Part shown: positions 49,303 to 64,000 of the stretch, one piece after another
Position numbering within the stretch: the stretch's first letter is position 1
How the letters are laid out: each line of letters begins with the position of its first letter
Source: an uncultured Pseudomonadota bacterium
GTDB lineage: Bacteria; Oederibacteriota; Muellerivitia; Muellerivitales; Muellerivitaceae
DNA: 64,000 bases
Direction of reading: 5' to 3'
Assembly: GCA_963843375.1 (NCBI GenBank)
Contig: CAWJKT010000009.1
Span: 256,001 to 320,000 of the forward strand
Made by a program: the position numbers and the translations under genes
The notes under the pieces: generated by a model
The model's database searches: none
The model's input: the letters and a program-made list of their open reading frames with translations, nothing else
Told to the model about the DNA's origin: nothing

Positions 49303-50343
49303 AAGCCGAACGCCTCAAAATCAAGATTGTATGCACCATCGGGCCGGCTTCACGGTCCGAACAAAAGCTTTCGGACCTGATGCGATCCGGAATGGGCATG
49401 GCTCGGCTTAACTTTGCTCATGGAACCTTATCCCAGCACGCCGTGGACATAAAACGCATCCGAAAAGTGGCGAAACGGCAGAAAACCCAATGTCCCATAT
49501 TGGTGGACCTGCCGGGCCCCAAAATCCGTGTTGGCCATCTGAAACATGAACCCCTTCATTTGCGTAAAGGTCATGTGGTTCTTTTAACGAGCCGTTCAAC
49601 AACCCGGTCTTTGGATGAAATCATTCCCGTGGATTATCCCCAACTCGCTCAGAGCGTCAAAGAGGGGGCGCTTGATTTATCTTAATGACGGCTTTATCCA
49701 ACTGGCGGTGGAGGCGGTCGGAGCTTCCGGGGTGAAATGCAAGGTTTTGATCGGGGGAAGCCTGCTTTCCCACAAAGGCCTCAATATTCCAGAAGGTGAA
49801 CTTTTCGTGGAACCCGTTACGGAGAAGGATCTCCATTACGTGGATTTTGGTCTGGCCCATGGTATCGACTTGTTTGGGGTTTCTTTCCTGGAAAAAGCCG
49901 AGGATATTTTAAAAGTCAAGGCCTATGCCAAAAAGAAAGGCCGTAAGATCCATACCATCGCCAAAATTGAGCGGGCCGAAGCGGTTCGAAATTTGGATGA
50001 AATCTTGAAGGTGACCGATATGGTGATGGTAGCCCGGGGTGATTTAGGAGTTCAAATCCCGCTTGAAGAAGTTCCGCTGGTCCAAAAGCGCATTATCCAA
50101 AAGGCCCGTCACCGAAACGTGCCCGTGATCACAGCCACTCAAATGCTTGAATCCATGGTGCATAACGTCCGTCCCACCCGGGCGGAAGTCAGCGACGTGG
50201 CCAACGCCATCCTGGACGGAACTAACGCCGTCATGCTTTCGGAAGAGACGGCCATCGGGGAATATCCAGTGGAGACGGTGGAAATGATGGCGAAAATCGC
50301 GCGCGCGGTTGAGCGTGATTTTTCGAAAACAAGGAGGAAATAA
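49299..50343 (+). CDS. pyk: Pyruvate kinase, short form (one apparent frameshift near 49670)
   Basis: [47 protein letters not shown]. Confidence 0.92.
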
Positions 50344-50691
50344 ATGAGGATTATGGTTTATCAGAAACCCACTTGCACCACCTGCCGGCAGGTTTACCAG
50401 GCTTTGAAGGAAAGCGGGGTGGAAATGGAATCGGTTAATTATTACCTCGAACCTTTATCCGAGGCTAAGTTGAAGGAACTGGTGAAGAAGATGGGCATCA
50501 AAGCCTCTGAATTGTTCCGCAAAAAAGAGGAAATCTATAAAAAGCTGAAACTGGCCGAGAAGGAAGTGTCGGACGAGGAAGCCATCGAGTTGATGATAAA
50601 AAACCCGGATTTAATGCAGCGGCCGATTGTCGAGAAGGGAAACAAGGCCATTTTGGCCCGTCCCGCCGAAAGGTTGAAAGAAATCCTTTAA
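50344..50691 (+). CDS. ArsC/Spx family protein
   Basis: YQKPTCTTCR...LMQRPIV. Confidence 0.88.
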   Translation: MRIMVYQKPTCTTCRQVYQALKESGVEMESVNYYLEPLSEAKLKELVKKMGIKASELFRKKEEIYKKLKLAEKEVSDEEAIELMIKNPDLMQRPIVEKGNKAILARPAERLKEIL

Positions 50692-50703
50692 ACCAAGCGG
50701 GCT

Positions 50704-51977
50704 TTAAATCTGAGAGACGTCTATGTCCGCGCAAAGGATGTGGGTTTTTCCGGTTTCTTTGTTGGTCAGAACCCCGGTATAGGTGATGCACAGGTTTCCG
50801 GAGGCCAGGGAGATGTAGGGCTCGGTTAAATAGCGGCTGAGGTTGTTATAGGTCATTCCGAAATAATATTCCTTCAAAGAATGGTCGGTTCCCCGGGGAG
50901 CGGGTTGGAAAAGGAATTGTTTTCGCGCCGAGAATTTCTTGAGATTGCAAATGGTCTCGCTGATTTGAACGCCATCCTGGTTCAAAATGTAGAGGCATTC
51001 CAATTGGGGATATTTGGGAAAGAAGTTCGCCAAGCTTTTTTCGTGGTCGTCCCAGTCCACCTTGTCGAGTTCCTGGAAAATGGAATCGGCGATGGTCTGG
51101 CAACGGTTCCGGCAGTTCTTGTCCTTGTTCATACGTTCCGTCATGATTCGCCGGTAACGGGAAGCCATGAAAACGATGCGGGCTTTCAATCCCAGGGTCG
51201 CCGAGTCGTTTTTTTGGGGTTTTGAAAAATAATTACCCTGCAGCATATCAACCCCCAAATCCAAGGCGGCCAGGGCGTCTTCCTCGTTTTCGATCCCGTC
51301 GGCGACAACCAGGATTCCCAGTTTTTGGGACAGGTTCACCACGGTTCGAATCCCTCGCGTTTGTAGGGATCGTTGGCCATGCCCTGGACGAGAGAGCTTT
51401 CCAGTTTGACCACGTCCGGGTTCAAGTGGAGGACCTGGTTTAACTTATCCCGGCTGTTGTTGATGTCTTCCAGGGCGATCAAAAAATTATTCCCTCTTTG
51501 GTTTTCGATGAATCTTTGAACCGCCATTTTGTCGGCCCCTTCGGATTGGGAGATCTCAATCACGATCGTACTGGGGTCCAGATGATGTTCCTTGACTTTT
51601 TTAATTAAATAACCGGATCCGACGATGTCAGGGGTCAGGATAGAGGACTCGATGTTGAGGAAAAGAAGCAACCCCGGAATTTTGGATCGGATAAGGGTAT
51701 AGCTTTCCAGGCTCTTGTCCCGGAAGAGACGGTCCAAAGCCAGCCGGGGTTCTTTGTCCTCCAAATGCTTGTAAATGTCCTGGGGCTCGATGAGTTTTTG
51801 AGTTTCCGTATCCACGCCCCGGCCCAGCGCTTCCAAGCCGACGACTCCGATTTTTTTAATCGAAACGATGGGCTGAAAAAAGGAAGCGACGCTTTTTTGT
51901 TCGATAAGGTCTAAGGGTTGAATTAAGGGTAGTTCGGGACTTTCCAACGGTTTCTCCGGGAAGGTGAGGTTTTCCAT
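50704..51977 (-). CDS. EAL-domain protein with C-terminal EAL-associated domain (frameshift near 51340)
   Basis: FFQPIVS..GLEALGRG; PYISLASGNLCIT. Confidence 0.8.
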
Positions 51978-52266
51978 GAAATCCTTTCCTATGGGTTTGG
52001 CCTTTGAAGATGCAATGGACGTGCCATTAAAAGCCAAGGAATCTTTGGAATGATTGAAGGTAAACGGTACATCTTTGTTCGTTAAAAAGTTGTTCGTTCT
52101 TTTGAATGGTGGGAATTCCAAACAAATTTAGCGCCGACAAGGGATTTGTCCTCCCGGTTATTTTTAAAAAAGCCGTTGTGGAGGGATTTTGAATCTTTTT
52201 ACGTGAAAAATAATCCGTTTAACGAAATTGTATGGTTCCACAAAAGAGAAATGAAAATTAAGAATT

Positions 52267-52947
52267 TTAATGTTTGTTTTTTTGGTCAAATTCGATTTCG
52301 CCGTCCTTGAGGCCTATCTGCCGTCCGGCCCGAGCCGCGTAATCCGGTTCATGGGTCACCATGAGAACGGTTGTTTTTTGTTCCCGGTTGACCCGCTCAA
52401 ACAATGAAATCACTTTATCCCCGCTGACGGAATCCAGGTTGCCGGTGGGCTCGTCGGCCAAAAGGTATTTGGGGCGCATGATCAGGGCCCGGGCGATCGC
52501 CACCCTTTGGCGCTCGCCCCCGGAAATTTGCCCTGAAAGTTTTTTTCGGATATGTCCGATCTCGAAATCTTCCATCAACTGGACGGCGTATTTTCTGAGT
52601 TCCTCATGGCGGTTGGTTTTGCGGGCGGGGAAAAGGACGTTCTCCTCGCAGTCAAGCTCGGGCAAAAGGTAATGGAACTGGAAAACGAAGCCCATGTTCA
52701 GGTTTCGGAAGCGGTGAAGGGCCTTGGGGGAAAGGATCGTGCGTGTCCTGCCCGTCCAAAAGGAGGGTGCCGGAGGTCAGGGGGTCCAGGGTGCTGAGGG
52801 AATAAAGCAAGGTACTCTTGCCTGAGCCGGAGCGGCCCGGTGATGGCCACGAATTCAGCCGTCGGCGATCTCAAAAGAGAGGCTTTTCAACACCACGGTC
52901 GGGGGCTGGCCGAAGGACTTGACGATATTTTTGGCGGTGAAGCCCAT
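52267..52947 (-). CDS. ABC transporter ATP-binding protein (LolD/MacB-like; N-terminus frameshifted)
   Basis: GRSGSGKST, SGGERQRVAIARAL, LADEPTGNLD. Confidence 0.88.
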
Positions 52948-52948
52948 T

Positions 52949-54198
52949 TTAGCCCCCTTCGCTTCGAAGAATATCAATGGGCGCCATTCGGCTGGCGGCC
53001 CGGGCGGGGAGGAAGCCCGGCGAATAGCCCTGAAAGGAAAGCCAAAAGGAAACCGGACACATAAAAATAGTATGCCACGCGATCAGCATGTGATTGATTC
53101 GGGTGATGCTGACCCCGGCGGAAAAAGTGATGGTTTGGACATAAAGGCAAACCAGGGTACCCAAACCCAGACCTAGGATTCCGCCAATGAACCCAAGGAT
53201 CAGCCCCTGGGAAAGGAACAATTGGATGATGTCCGGGGCTCAAAACCCATCGACCTTAGGATGGCGATCTCTCCCCGTTTTTGCATGACCATCATGTTGA
53301 GGATGTTGTAAATGCCGAAAGCCGCGATCATCAGCACGACGAAACTCAAGATATAGCGGATCATGTCCTGCATCTTGAAAACCTGGAAAAAATTGGCGTT
53401 GGCCTCGTCCCAGCTTTGGACATTCTCCCGGCTCAGGGAAGCCCATTGATCGGCCACTTTTTTGGCCAGGGTGATGTCCTTCAATTTCACGATGATCTGG
53501 GAGACCTGGCCCGGGGTTTGGTTGGCCTGTTGCACATAATGGATGGGGGCGTAGGCGGTGACATCGTCAACCTGGGTCATTCCCGTACTGAAAAACCCGG
53601 CCACTTTCGCCGGGATCACATCCCCCTTGATGTCGACGATATTCAAGGTGTCGTTGACATGGATCCCCAGTTTTTGGGCCAAGGACTCCCCGATGATGAT
53701 TTGGAAACCGCCCTTGTCCAGATCCAGAAAATTCCCCACGGTCATATCGTCTTGGACGTCCGTGGCCTGAACCTGTTTTTCCGCTTCAACCCCGATGAGG
53801 GTAATGGTCCGGGTCAGCTTTCCCCGGTTGACCAAAACCTGGGCGGTGATTTGGGGGGCGTAGGCCAGAACCGTTTCGTCCGCATCCAGGCGGTCGAACC
53901 AGCCTTGGGGATATTCCAGATGGGGCGGCTCGTCGTGGCTAACCGGGGGAACCACCCATTTCACGAGGGTATCGGGGAAGAAATAGGGGTCCAGGGAGTG
54001 TTCCTCGATCACCGGTTCCTCGGCCTTGATGCTGATATGGGCGGTCGTGTTGATGAGCCGTTGGATGAAATATTCCCGAAAGCCCAGCATCATTCCGGAA
54101 AGGATAAGGAAGGCCGCGGTGCCGAAAGTGATTCCCAGCAAAGCCAGGAAGGTTCTGCCGGGTTTCGACAGCAACTGCTTGATGGCCAGGAAAAACAC
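52949..54198 (-). CDS. ABC transporter permease (LolC/E-FtsX-like; C-terminus frameshifted)
   Basis: RTFLALLGI, FGIYNILNMMV.QK..EIAILRSMG. Confidence 0.85.
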
Positions 54199-54200
54199 GG

Positions 54201-54991
54201 CTATTTACCCGGCAGGATAAGCGTATCGCCTGCTTGGATGCTGTTATCCGCCACCTCGGCCCAGGTTCCATCGGTGGCTCCGAGTTTGACGGGGATTTTC
54301 TTCGGAATTCCGCCCGCGCAGGACCGTCACGCTACCTTTATCCACCGCGACGATGGGGATTTGAAGGACATTGTCCTTCGCTGAAACTTGGATGGCCACA
54401 TCGCAGGTCATTCCCACTAAAATTCCTTCTGGCAACCCCGGAACCTCAATATTCACGTAGAATTCACCCTCTTTGGGATAAATGGCGGAAACCGTGCCCT
54501 CGAGTTTTTGCCCCCGGAGACTTTCGAAACTCAGGAAATGACTTTTGGCCGTCGCGTACCGGGATGGCGCCCGATTGCTCCAGCGAAACAACGACATAGG
54601 GATTTTTCAGGTCGGTCAAGGTCAGAACGGACAACTGGGGAAAGATGGTCTCGCCTTCCTTATAAGGAAGGGAGGTGACAACGCCGTCAAAGGGGGCGCG
54701 GATCAGGTGATTGTCCACAAAAGAAACAAGGGGATCGTCTTTTTTAACCGCGGCCCCTTCATCGATATAAAGCTTTTTCAAGGTGTCCATGACCCCCAGT
54801 TTCAGGTCATAAGTGTGCCGGGCGGTGACGGTGCCGATTCCATAAACCGACTCCACCATGGGACCCAGTTTGGGATGGACTTCATTGGAGATGGATCGAA
54901 GCACGGTCACGGCGAAACCGCCCCCGAATAAAACCAAAACAGCCAGAAGCGACCAGCCCCAATATTTTTTAATCCAGGTAAGCATTTTCAT
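54201..54991 (-). CDS. Efflux periplasmic adaptor subunit (frameshifted)
   Basis: N-terminal TM; IRAPFDGVVT; GMTCDV.I. Confidence 0.8.
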
Positions 54992-55114
54992 ATCTCCAAG
55001 ATTATGGAATCTAACCGAACGATGAGATGATATAAATCATAAAATAAAGAATATAGCCACCCCGCTTTTCGTCAGTGCTCCCGTTATAATAAGCCGAATT
55101 GAACGGAGGTTTTT

Positions 55115-55964
55115 TTGAATCCCTACTTTTTAATAGGCTTAACCCTGGCGGGTTTGGTGGTATGGACCTCCGGATCCTATTTCTTTTGGCGGATCAGCCG
55201 GACCAACAAAGCCCGGTTTGCCCACCGGGATGTCCAGCCCGCCTACCGCCTGGCGGAACAGTGGCTTTTGGAATCCCAGCGAAAGCTCGAAGACCTCTAT
55301 AAGAAGTCAGAACAGCCGCTGGGGACCGCCCAAAATGAGCTTTTGGAATTGCGCCTGGAAGCGGGCCGGTTACCGCAAGGGGTCAAGGGATTGCGGTCGG
55401 TCAGGGAATCTATGGCGGGCGCCTATTAACCTTTGAATCACAAGAAAACCATCTTGGAATTAACCCGGCTTTACTTGGATGAAGGGGATTGCCGGGAGGG
55501 TGAAGGGTTCCTTGTTTTTTTGAAGACTCCCCTTGGGCGAAATGCCCTGCCTGGAGGCGGGGAAATCGGGTAGCCCACTGGGGGACGATGACATGAAAAC
55601 GGCCTTGGGTTTTTTAAGCCGGGCTTTAAGCCAAAATCCAGCAACGGGCGGGTTTCTTTATCTGGGAGACGACGGCCAATACCAGTCTTACCTTCAAAAG
55701 TCCGAGTGGATGGAAGGACTCAAGTCCCAGAGGATAATGGCTATGGATTTTAGGGGTTTTACGGCATTACTTCTTTCCCTTCGATTGGCCAAGGACGCGG
55801 AAAATGTCTGGAGGGCCTTTGAAGAGGGGGTGGAAGCCACTAAAATTTTGCTGGGACAATCCGAAAAAATGAGCGCCGAATTGTCCCGCTTGAGCGCCCA
55901 CTCCCTGAAAGTTCGATCCATTATAGAGGGCGGCATTCCAACCGAAATGACTGAAAAGGAGTAG
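55115..55964 (+). CDS. Membrane-anchored hypothetical protein (probably one frameshifted gene)
   Basis: Two consecutive ORF fragments 55115-55429 and 55533-55964. Confidence 0.45.
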
Positions 55965-55967
55965 TTC

Positions 55968-56348
55968 GTGAGTTGGAAGGATTGGCTAACCAAGAATCTT
56001 TATGTGACGACCCCCCAGGACCCGGACCCTTTTTTCAGGCCCCGTAAATATTCAAAGGGGAGGGAAGAGGTCGTTAAGGCGGCGTTGGAAGTTATAGGGG
56101 GGTTGTCTCGGTGGAAAGTTGTGGAACACCGGGAAAACCAGGGCCGTATTCGGGCCCATTGCGCCGCCCGGTTCCTGCCTTTTGCGGACGACGTGGACAT
56201 TTACATCGTCCAAGGTTTGGATGGCGTGACTAAGTTGGAAATTCTTTCCCGGGCTCAAGGGGGTAAAGGAGACTTCGGCCGGAACAAACGAAACATTCGG
56301 GAATTTCTTTCGGCCTTGGATTACAAGCTTCCACCAACTCCAACTTGA
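55968..56348 (+). CDS. DUF1499-like protein
   Basis: FADDVDI...SR...GKGDFGRNKRNI. Confidence 0.75.
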   Translation: MSWKDWLTKNLYVTTPQDPDPFFRPRKYSKGREEVVKAALEVIGGLSRWKVVEHRENQGRIRAHCAARFLPFADDVDIYIVQGLDGVTKLEILSRAQGGKGDFGRNKRNIREFLSALDYKLPPTPT

Positions 56349-56372
56349 CATCCGGAATGAAACCCGTATAAT
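56345..56372 (+). promoter_or_regulatory. Sigma70 promoter of the pyr operon
   Basis: TTGACA-16 bp-TATAAT. Confidence 0.8.
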
Positions 56373-56387
56373 CCTAAAAGTTGTCCA

Positions 56388-56503
56388 CCTTTAACAGGGC
56401 CCTGAGAGGCTCTCAAGGAATTGACGATGATGTACGCTTGCGCTCGAACTGAAAATCAAGACCCTTTCCTCCAACATTTGGAGCGAAAGGGTTTTTTGTT
56501 TTT
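56388..56503 (+). promoter_or_regulatory. PyrR-binding RNA leader and attenuator terminator
   Basis: CCTTTAA..GGGCCCTGAGAGGCT..AAGG binding loop; hairpin ACCCTTTC..GAAAGGGT plus T run; directly upstream of pyrR. Confidence 0.85.
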
Positions 56504-56512
56504 CGGGGGGGT

Positions 56513-57061
56513 ATGAGTCCCAAAATCAAAGCGCTCATCATGGAAGCCCGGGATATTGACCGGGCCCTGACCCGCATCGCTCACGAAATTCTCGAGAGAA
56601 ACAAGGGGATCCAGGACCTGGTTCTCATCGGCATCAAGAGCCGGGGGGAAGTGCTGGCCGAGAGGCTGGCGGCCAAGATCAAGTCCATTGAGGGTACGGC
56701 GGTGCCTTTTGGGGCCATGGACATCACCTTTTACCGTGATGATGCGGGTACCCATAAACCTGAGAAAGCGCCTACTCCCACCGAGCTTCCTTTTGACGTG
56801 AACAAGAAAAAAGTCATCCTGGTGGACGACGTGCTTTACACCGGTCGAAGCGCCCGGGCCGCCATCGACCAGATCATCGATTTCGGACGCCCCACATTCA
56901 TTCAATACGCGGTCTTGGTGGACCGCGGCCACCGGGAATTCCCCATTCACGCTGATTATGTCGGGAAGAACATTCCGTCCTCCTCCAAAGAGCAGGTGCT
57001 GGTTCACGTGAAAGAAAATGACGGCAAGGACGAAGTCGTCATCGCGGAGAGTGAATCATGA
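56513..57061 (+). CDS. pyrR: PyrR regulator / uracil phosphoribosyltransferase
   Basis: [37 protein letters not shown]. Confidence 0.97.
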   Translation: MSPKIKALIMEARDIDRALTRIAHEILERNKGIQDLVLIGIKSRGEVLAERLAAKIKSIEGTAVPFGAMDITFYRDDAGTHKPEKAPTPTELPFDVNKKKVILVDDVLYTGRSARAAIDQIIDFGRPTFIQYAVLVDRGHREFPIHADYVGKNIPSSSKEQVLVHVKENDGKDEVVIAESES

Positions 57062-57996
57062 GTTGGAGATCCAAGGATCTTTTAACCCTGGAAGAGCTTT
57101 CGGCCGAAGAAATTGTCCATATCCTGGATACCGCCTCTTCCTTCAAGGAAGTCTCAACCCGATCCGTCAAGAAGGTTCCGGCCTTAAGAGGCCGTACGGT
57201 AGTGCTTTTCTTTCACGAGCCATCCACCCGCACCCGCATCTCCTTCGAGTTGGCGGCCAAAAGATTAAGCGCCGATATTTTGAGCGTCCAAACCTCCTCC
57301 TCCTCGCTGGTCAAGGGCGAGACCCTGATTGACACTTTAAAAACCCTGGAATCCATGACCATCGACGCCCTTGTGGTGCGGCACAAATCCTCCGGGGTGC
57401 CCCAGATGCTGGCCAATATCACGAAAGCCACGGTCATCAACGCGGGGGATGGTTCACATGAGCATCCTACCCAGGGATTGCTGGACCTTTTCACCATCCG
57501 GGAACATAAAGGAAAGATAGAAGGTCTGACGGTCACCATCGTGGGGGATATCACCCATAGCCGGGTGGCCCGATCCAACATCCGGGGGCTTTTGAAACTG
57601 GGCGCCAAGGTGCGGGTTTGCGCCCCGACGACCTTGCTTCCGATGGGCATCGAGAAGATGGGAGTTGAAGTTTTTCACGATCTGGACAAGGCACTGGACG
57701 GAAGCGACGTGGTGTATGTCCTGAGACTTCAGTTGGAACGGCAAAAAAACAATCTCTTCCCAACGATAAGGGAATACAGCCTTCTTTTTGGGGTGAATAA
57801 CGAAAGACTCAAGCGTGCCAAGAAGGATGCCATCGTGATGCATCCGGGCCCCATGAACCGAGGGGTTGAGATTTCATCCGGGGTTGCCGATGGTTCCCAA
57901 TCGGTCATTGACGACCAGGTGACCAACGGGGTGGCGGTTCGCATGGCGGTACTTTACTTGCTCCAGGGCGAAAACAAGGAAGGGGTAAACCCATGA
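57058..57996 (+). CDS. pyrB: Aspartate carbamoyltransferase
   Basis: EPSTRTR.SF, NAGDG.HEHPTQ, MHPGP. Confidence 0.97.
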   Translation: MSWRSKDLLTLEELSAEEIVHILDTASSFKEVSTRSVKKVPALRGRTVVLFFHEPSTRTRISFELAAKRLSADILSVQTSSSSLVKGETLIDTLKTLESMTIDALVVRHKSSGVPQMLANITKATVINAGDGSHEHPTQGLLDLFTIREHKGKIEGLTVTIVGDITHSRVARSNIRGLLKLGAKVRVCAPTTLLPMGIEKMGVEVFHDLDKALDGSDVVYVLRLQLERQKNNLFPTIREYSLLFGVNNERLKRAKKDAIVMHPGPMNRGVEISSGVADGSQSVIDDQVTNGVAVRMAVLYLLQGENKEGVNP

Positions 57997-59273
57997 AAAC
58001 AATCCTGATCCAGGGCGGCCACCTGGTGGACCCCGCCAACCAAATCGATGGCGAGGCGGATGTCTTCATCAAGGATGGCAAGATTGAAAAGGTGGGCAAG
58101 GGATTGAAGGTGAAGGCGGACCAAACCATCGATGCCAAAGGAAAAATCGTAACGCCTGGTTTGGTGGATATCCACGTTCATTTTCGCGAACCGGGGTTCG
58201 AGTATAAGGAAACCATCGCCACGGGTTCCCACTCGGCGGTGGCGGGCGGGGTTACTTCGGTGGCTTGCATGCCCAACACCAATCCTCCCATCGACGACCA
58301 AGCGATTGTCTACTTCATCAAGTCAAAAGCCGAAAAGGAAGGCTATTGCCACGTCTATCCCATTGGATGCATATCCAAACGCCGGGAAGGCCAGGAAATG
58401 GCCGAGTTGGGTGAATTGAAAAAAGCCGGGGCGGTTGCCTTGTCCGATGACGGCGCGCCGATTATGAATGCCGAACTCATGCGCCGGGTCATGGAATACG
58501 CCAAAATGCTGGACTTGACGGTTATCGATCACTGCGAGGATTCGCATCTTTCCAACGAAGGGGTCATGCACGAAGGGGAAGCCTCGACCGCGCTGGGCCT
58601 TCGGGGAATTCCTGCCGCTTCCGAGACGGTCATGGTGGCCCGCAACATCCTCTTGGCCGAGATGACGGGCGCCAAATTCCACGCCGCCCACGTTTCCACC
58701 GCCGGGTCGGTGGAGTTGATCCGTCAGGCCAAGAAAAAGGGTATCAACGTCACCGCCGAAACCTGCCCCCACTATTGGACCCTGTCGGACAAGTCGATCA
58801 AGAACTACAACGCCAACTTCAAGATGAATCCTCCTTTGAGGGCCGAAGAAGACGTGGCGGCCATAAGAAAAGGCATCAAGGAAGGCGTTATTGACTGTAT
58901 CTGTACGGATCACGCGCCCCATGCCTCCACGGAGAAACAATGCGAGTTCGACCAGGCCGCCTTCGGGATTGTGGGGTTGGAAACCCTGTTTCCCCTCACC
59001 TATAGCCACTTGGTGGAACCGGGAGTTATCTCCTTGTCGAGGGCCGTGGAAATGCTCACGATTTCGGCGGCTAAGATCATTGGAATCCCCAAGGGGACGC
59101 TGTCCGAAGGAGCCCAGGCGGATGTCTCCATTTTCGACGTCAAGGCGGAGAAAAAAGTCGACGTCAAGCAGTTCAAAAGCAAAGGCAAGAACTCCCCCTT
59201 CAACGGCTGGAACCTGAAGGGGTGGGCCGTTACGACGATCGTGAGTGGAGAAGTGAAGTACCAGACGGAATAA
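57993..59273 (+). CDS. pyrC: Dihydroorotase
   Basis: [27 protein letters not shown]. Confidence 0.96.
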   Translation: MKTILIQGGHLVDPANQIDGEADVFIKDGKIEKVGKGLKVKADQTIDAKGKIVTPGLVDIHVHFREPGFEYKETIATGSHSAVAGGVTSVACMPNTNPPIDDQAIVYFIKSKAEKEGYCHVYPIGCISKRREGQEMAELGELKKAGAVALSDDGAPIMNAELMRRVMEYAKMLDLTVIDHCEDSHLSNEGVMHEGEASTALGLRGIPAASETVMVARNILLAEMTGAKFHAAHVSTAGSVELIRQAKKKGINVTAETCPHYWTLSDKSIKNYNANFKMNPPLRAEEDVAAIRKGIKEGVIDCICTDHAPHASTEKQCEFDQAAFGIVGLETLFPLTYSHLVEPGVISLSRAVEMLTISAAKIIGIPKGTLSEGAQADVSIFDVKAEKKVDVKQFKSKGKNSPFNGWNLKGWAVTTIVSGEVKYQTE

Positions 59274-59288
59274 ATATTGGGACTTGGA

Positions 59289-60461
59289 ATGAAATCTAAT
59301 AAATTGAAAAGGGCGATCTTAGCCCTGGAAGATGGGACCTGGTTTGAGGGGCTTTCCTTCGGCGCCGAGGGAAAATCTTTTGGGGAAGTCTGCTTCAACA
59401 CTTCTATGACGGGCTATCAGGAAATTCTCACCGACCCCTCCTACCGGGGCCAGATCGTTACCATGACCTATCCCTTGATTGGCAATTACGGGGTAAATCC
59501 TATGGATGTGGAATCCCGCAAGCCCTTCCTTTCCGGTTTCGTGGTGAAAGAATACTGCAAGCATCCCTCCAACTATCGCATGACCCAGACCTTGTGCGAT
59601 TACTTGAAGAAAAACAGCATTATCGGCATCGAAGGCATTGATACCAGGGCGCTGACGTCCCATTTGCGGATCCATGGGGCTAAGAACGGGGTGCTTTCGA
59701 CCATTGAACTGGATCCCAAGAAACTCGTCAAACAGGCCAAGGACAGCCCGGGGTTGGTGGGGCGGGACTTGGTAAAGGAAGTCACCTGCGACAAGCCTTA
59801 CCAATGGACGGAATTGCCGTACAACATGGACAGGCCGGTGGAAAAGTCTGATATTCAGATGGATTTGGCGGGTCTTGCGCCCCCGGAAAAGCGGATCAAG
59901 ATCGCGGCGCTGGATTGCGGCATCAAATACAACATTCTTCGTCGCCTAACCGCCGAGAGTTTTGACGTGACGGTCTTTCCCGCGACTACTAAGGTCGATG
60001 CCTTGATGAACAAGGGCTTCAAAGGGGTTTTTCTTTCCAATGGTCCCGGCGACCCGGAGGCTGTGCCTTACGTGGCTAACACCGTTCGCGACTTGATTGA
60101 AAAAAATGTGCCGATTTTTGGTATCTGCCTTGGGCACCAAATCCTGGGCTTGGCACTCGGGGGGAAAACCTACAAGATGAAATTCGGGCACCGGGGCGGC
60201 AATCAGCCGGTGGTGAATACCAAAAACTACAAAGTGGAAATCACCAGCCAAAACCACGGTTTCGCCGTGGATCCGAAAAGTCTGGACAAGAGTTTGGTCT
60301 ACCAGAGCCATATCAACTTAAGCGACGACACCAGCGAGGGTATGGCCATGAAACACAAACCGGTTTTCTCGGTGCAGTACCACCCGGAGGCTTCCCCTGG
60401 CCCGCATGATTCCAGGTATTTGTTTAAGCAGTTCAGGGAAATGATCGAAAAAAATTCTTAG
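59289..60461 (+). CDS. carA: Carbamoyl-phosphate synthase small subunit
   Basis: [30 protein letters not shown]. Confidence 0.97.
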   Translation: MKSNKLKRAILALEDGTWFEGLSFGAEGKSFGEVCFNTSMTGYQEILTDPSYRGQIVTMTYPLIGNYGVNPMDVESRKPFLSGFVVKEYCKHPSNYRMTQTLCDYLKKNSIIGIEGIDTRALTSHLRIHGAKNGVLSTIELDPKKLVKQAKDSPGLVGRDLVKEVTCDKPYQWTELPYNMDRPVEKSDIQMDLAGLAPPEKRIKIAALDCGIKYNILRRLTAESFDVTVFPATTKVDALMNKGFKGVFLSNGPGDPEAVPYVANTVRDLIEKNVPIFGICLGHQILGLALGGKTYKMKFGHRGGNQPVVNTKNYKVEITSQNHGFAVDPKSLDKSLVYQSHINLSDDTSEGMAMKHKPVFSVQYHPEASPGPHDSRYLFKQFREMIEKNS

Positions 60462-60475
60462 GGGTTCTGGGGAAA

Positions 60476-63772
<3,297 letters not shown>

Positions 63773-64000
63773 GGGAATTTCCATTCGTCTTCCCATTGGC
63801 TTCGAAAATTTGTTTATTCAGGGTTGTGGTTTCCTTCGTCCCTTTTTTCTTGTAAAACCTTTGAAAACAGGCGTTTTTTCGATGAAAGCATTCCAGGCCG
63901 AGAGGGTATAATTCCTTTCATTTATCCGGGAATTTTGAAAAATTCCCATGAAACCTGTTTTGAACCTGCCGTCCTTTGACGAGGCGGCGTGATATTCAAA

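Noticed and set aside
56381..56388. TTGTCCAC in the pyr leader (also near 54711) as extra array sites
   Set aside because: Only 7-8 bp match; no core and no second arm.

Overview
Bacterial chromosomal window with two different parts. Bases 1-15.85 kb are an accessory array of about 15 gene modules: 8 type II toxin-antitoxin pairs, secreted or lipoprotein hypotheticals, an ArsR-SRPBCC-DoxX unit and a TetR-SDR unit. Each module is bounded by a copy of a 28-bp palindrome, consensus TGTCCACGACG-GGGACC-CGTCGTGGACA (11-6-11), found at 16 loci (19 full or half copies). The organisation resembles an integron cassette array, but the sites are not attC. Their size and geometry resemble a dif-like tyrosine-recombinase core site. 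Hybrid arms, one inverted site and a chimeric terminal site suggest recombination in the central GGGGA. No recombinase is visible in the window. Bases 15.9-64 kb are mostly housekeeping and carbohydrate genes: epimerase, NDP-sugar synthase, tandem clan GH-A hydrolases, phosphomannomutase, dut, GH5, LpoA-like, hisS-aspS, GH36, phoH-ybeY-CBS, pcm, era, pyk, EAL, an ABC exporter, and pyrR-pyrB-pyrC-carA-carB with a PyrR attenuator. Many genes at about 41.5-55.5 kb are frameshifted, most likely from sequencing indel errors. All calls come from reading motifs by eye; no database search was run.
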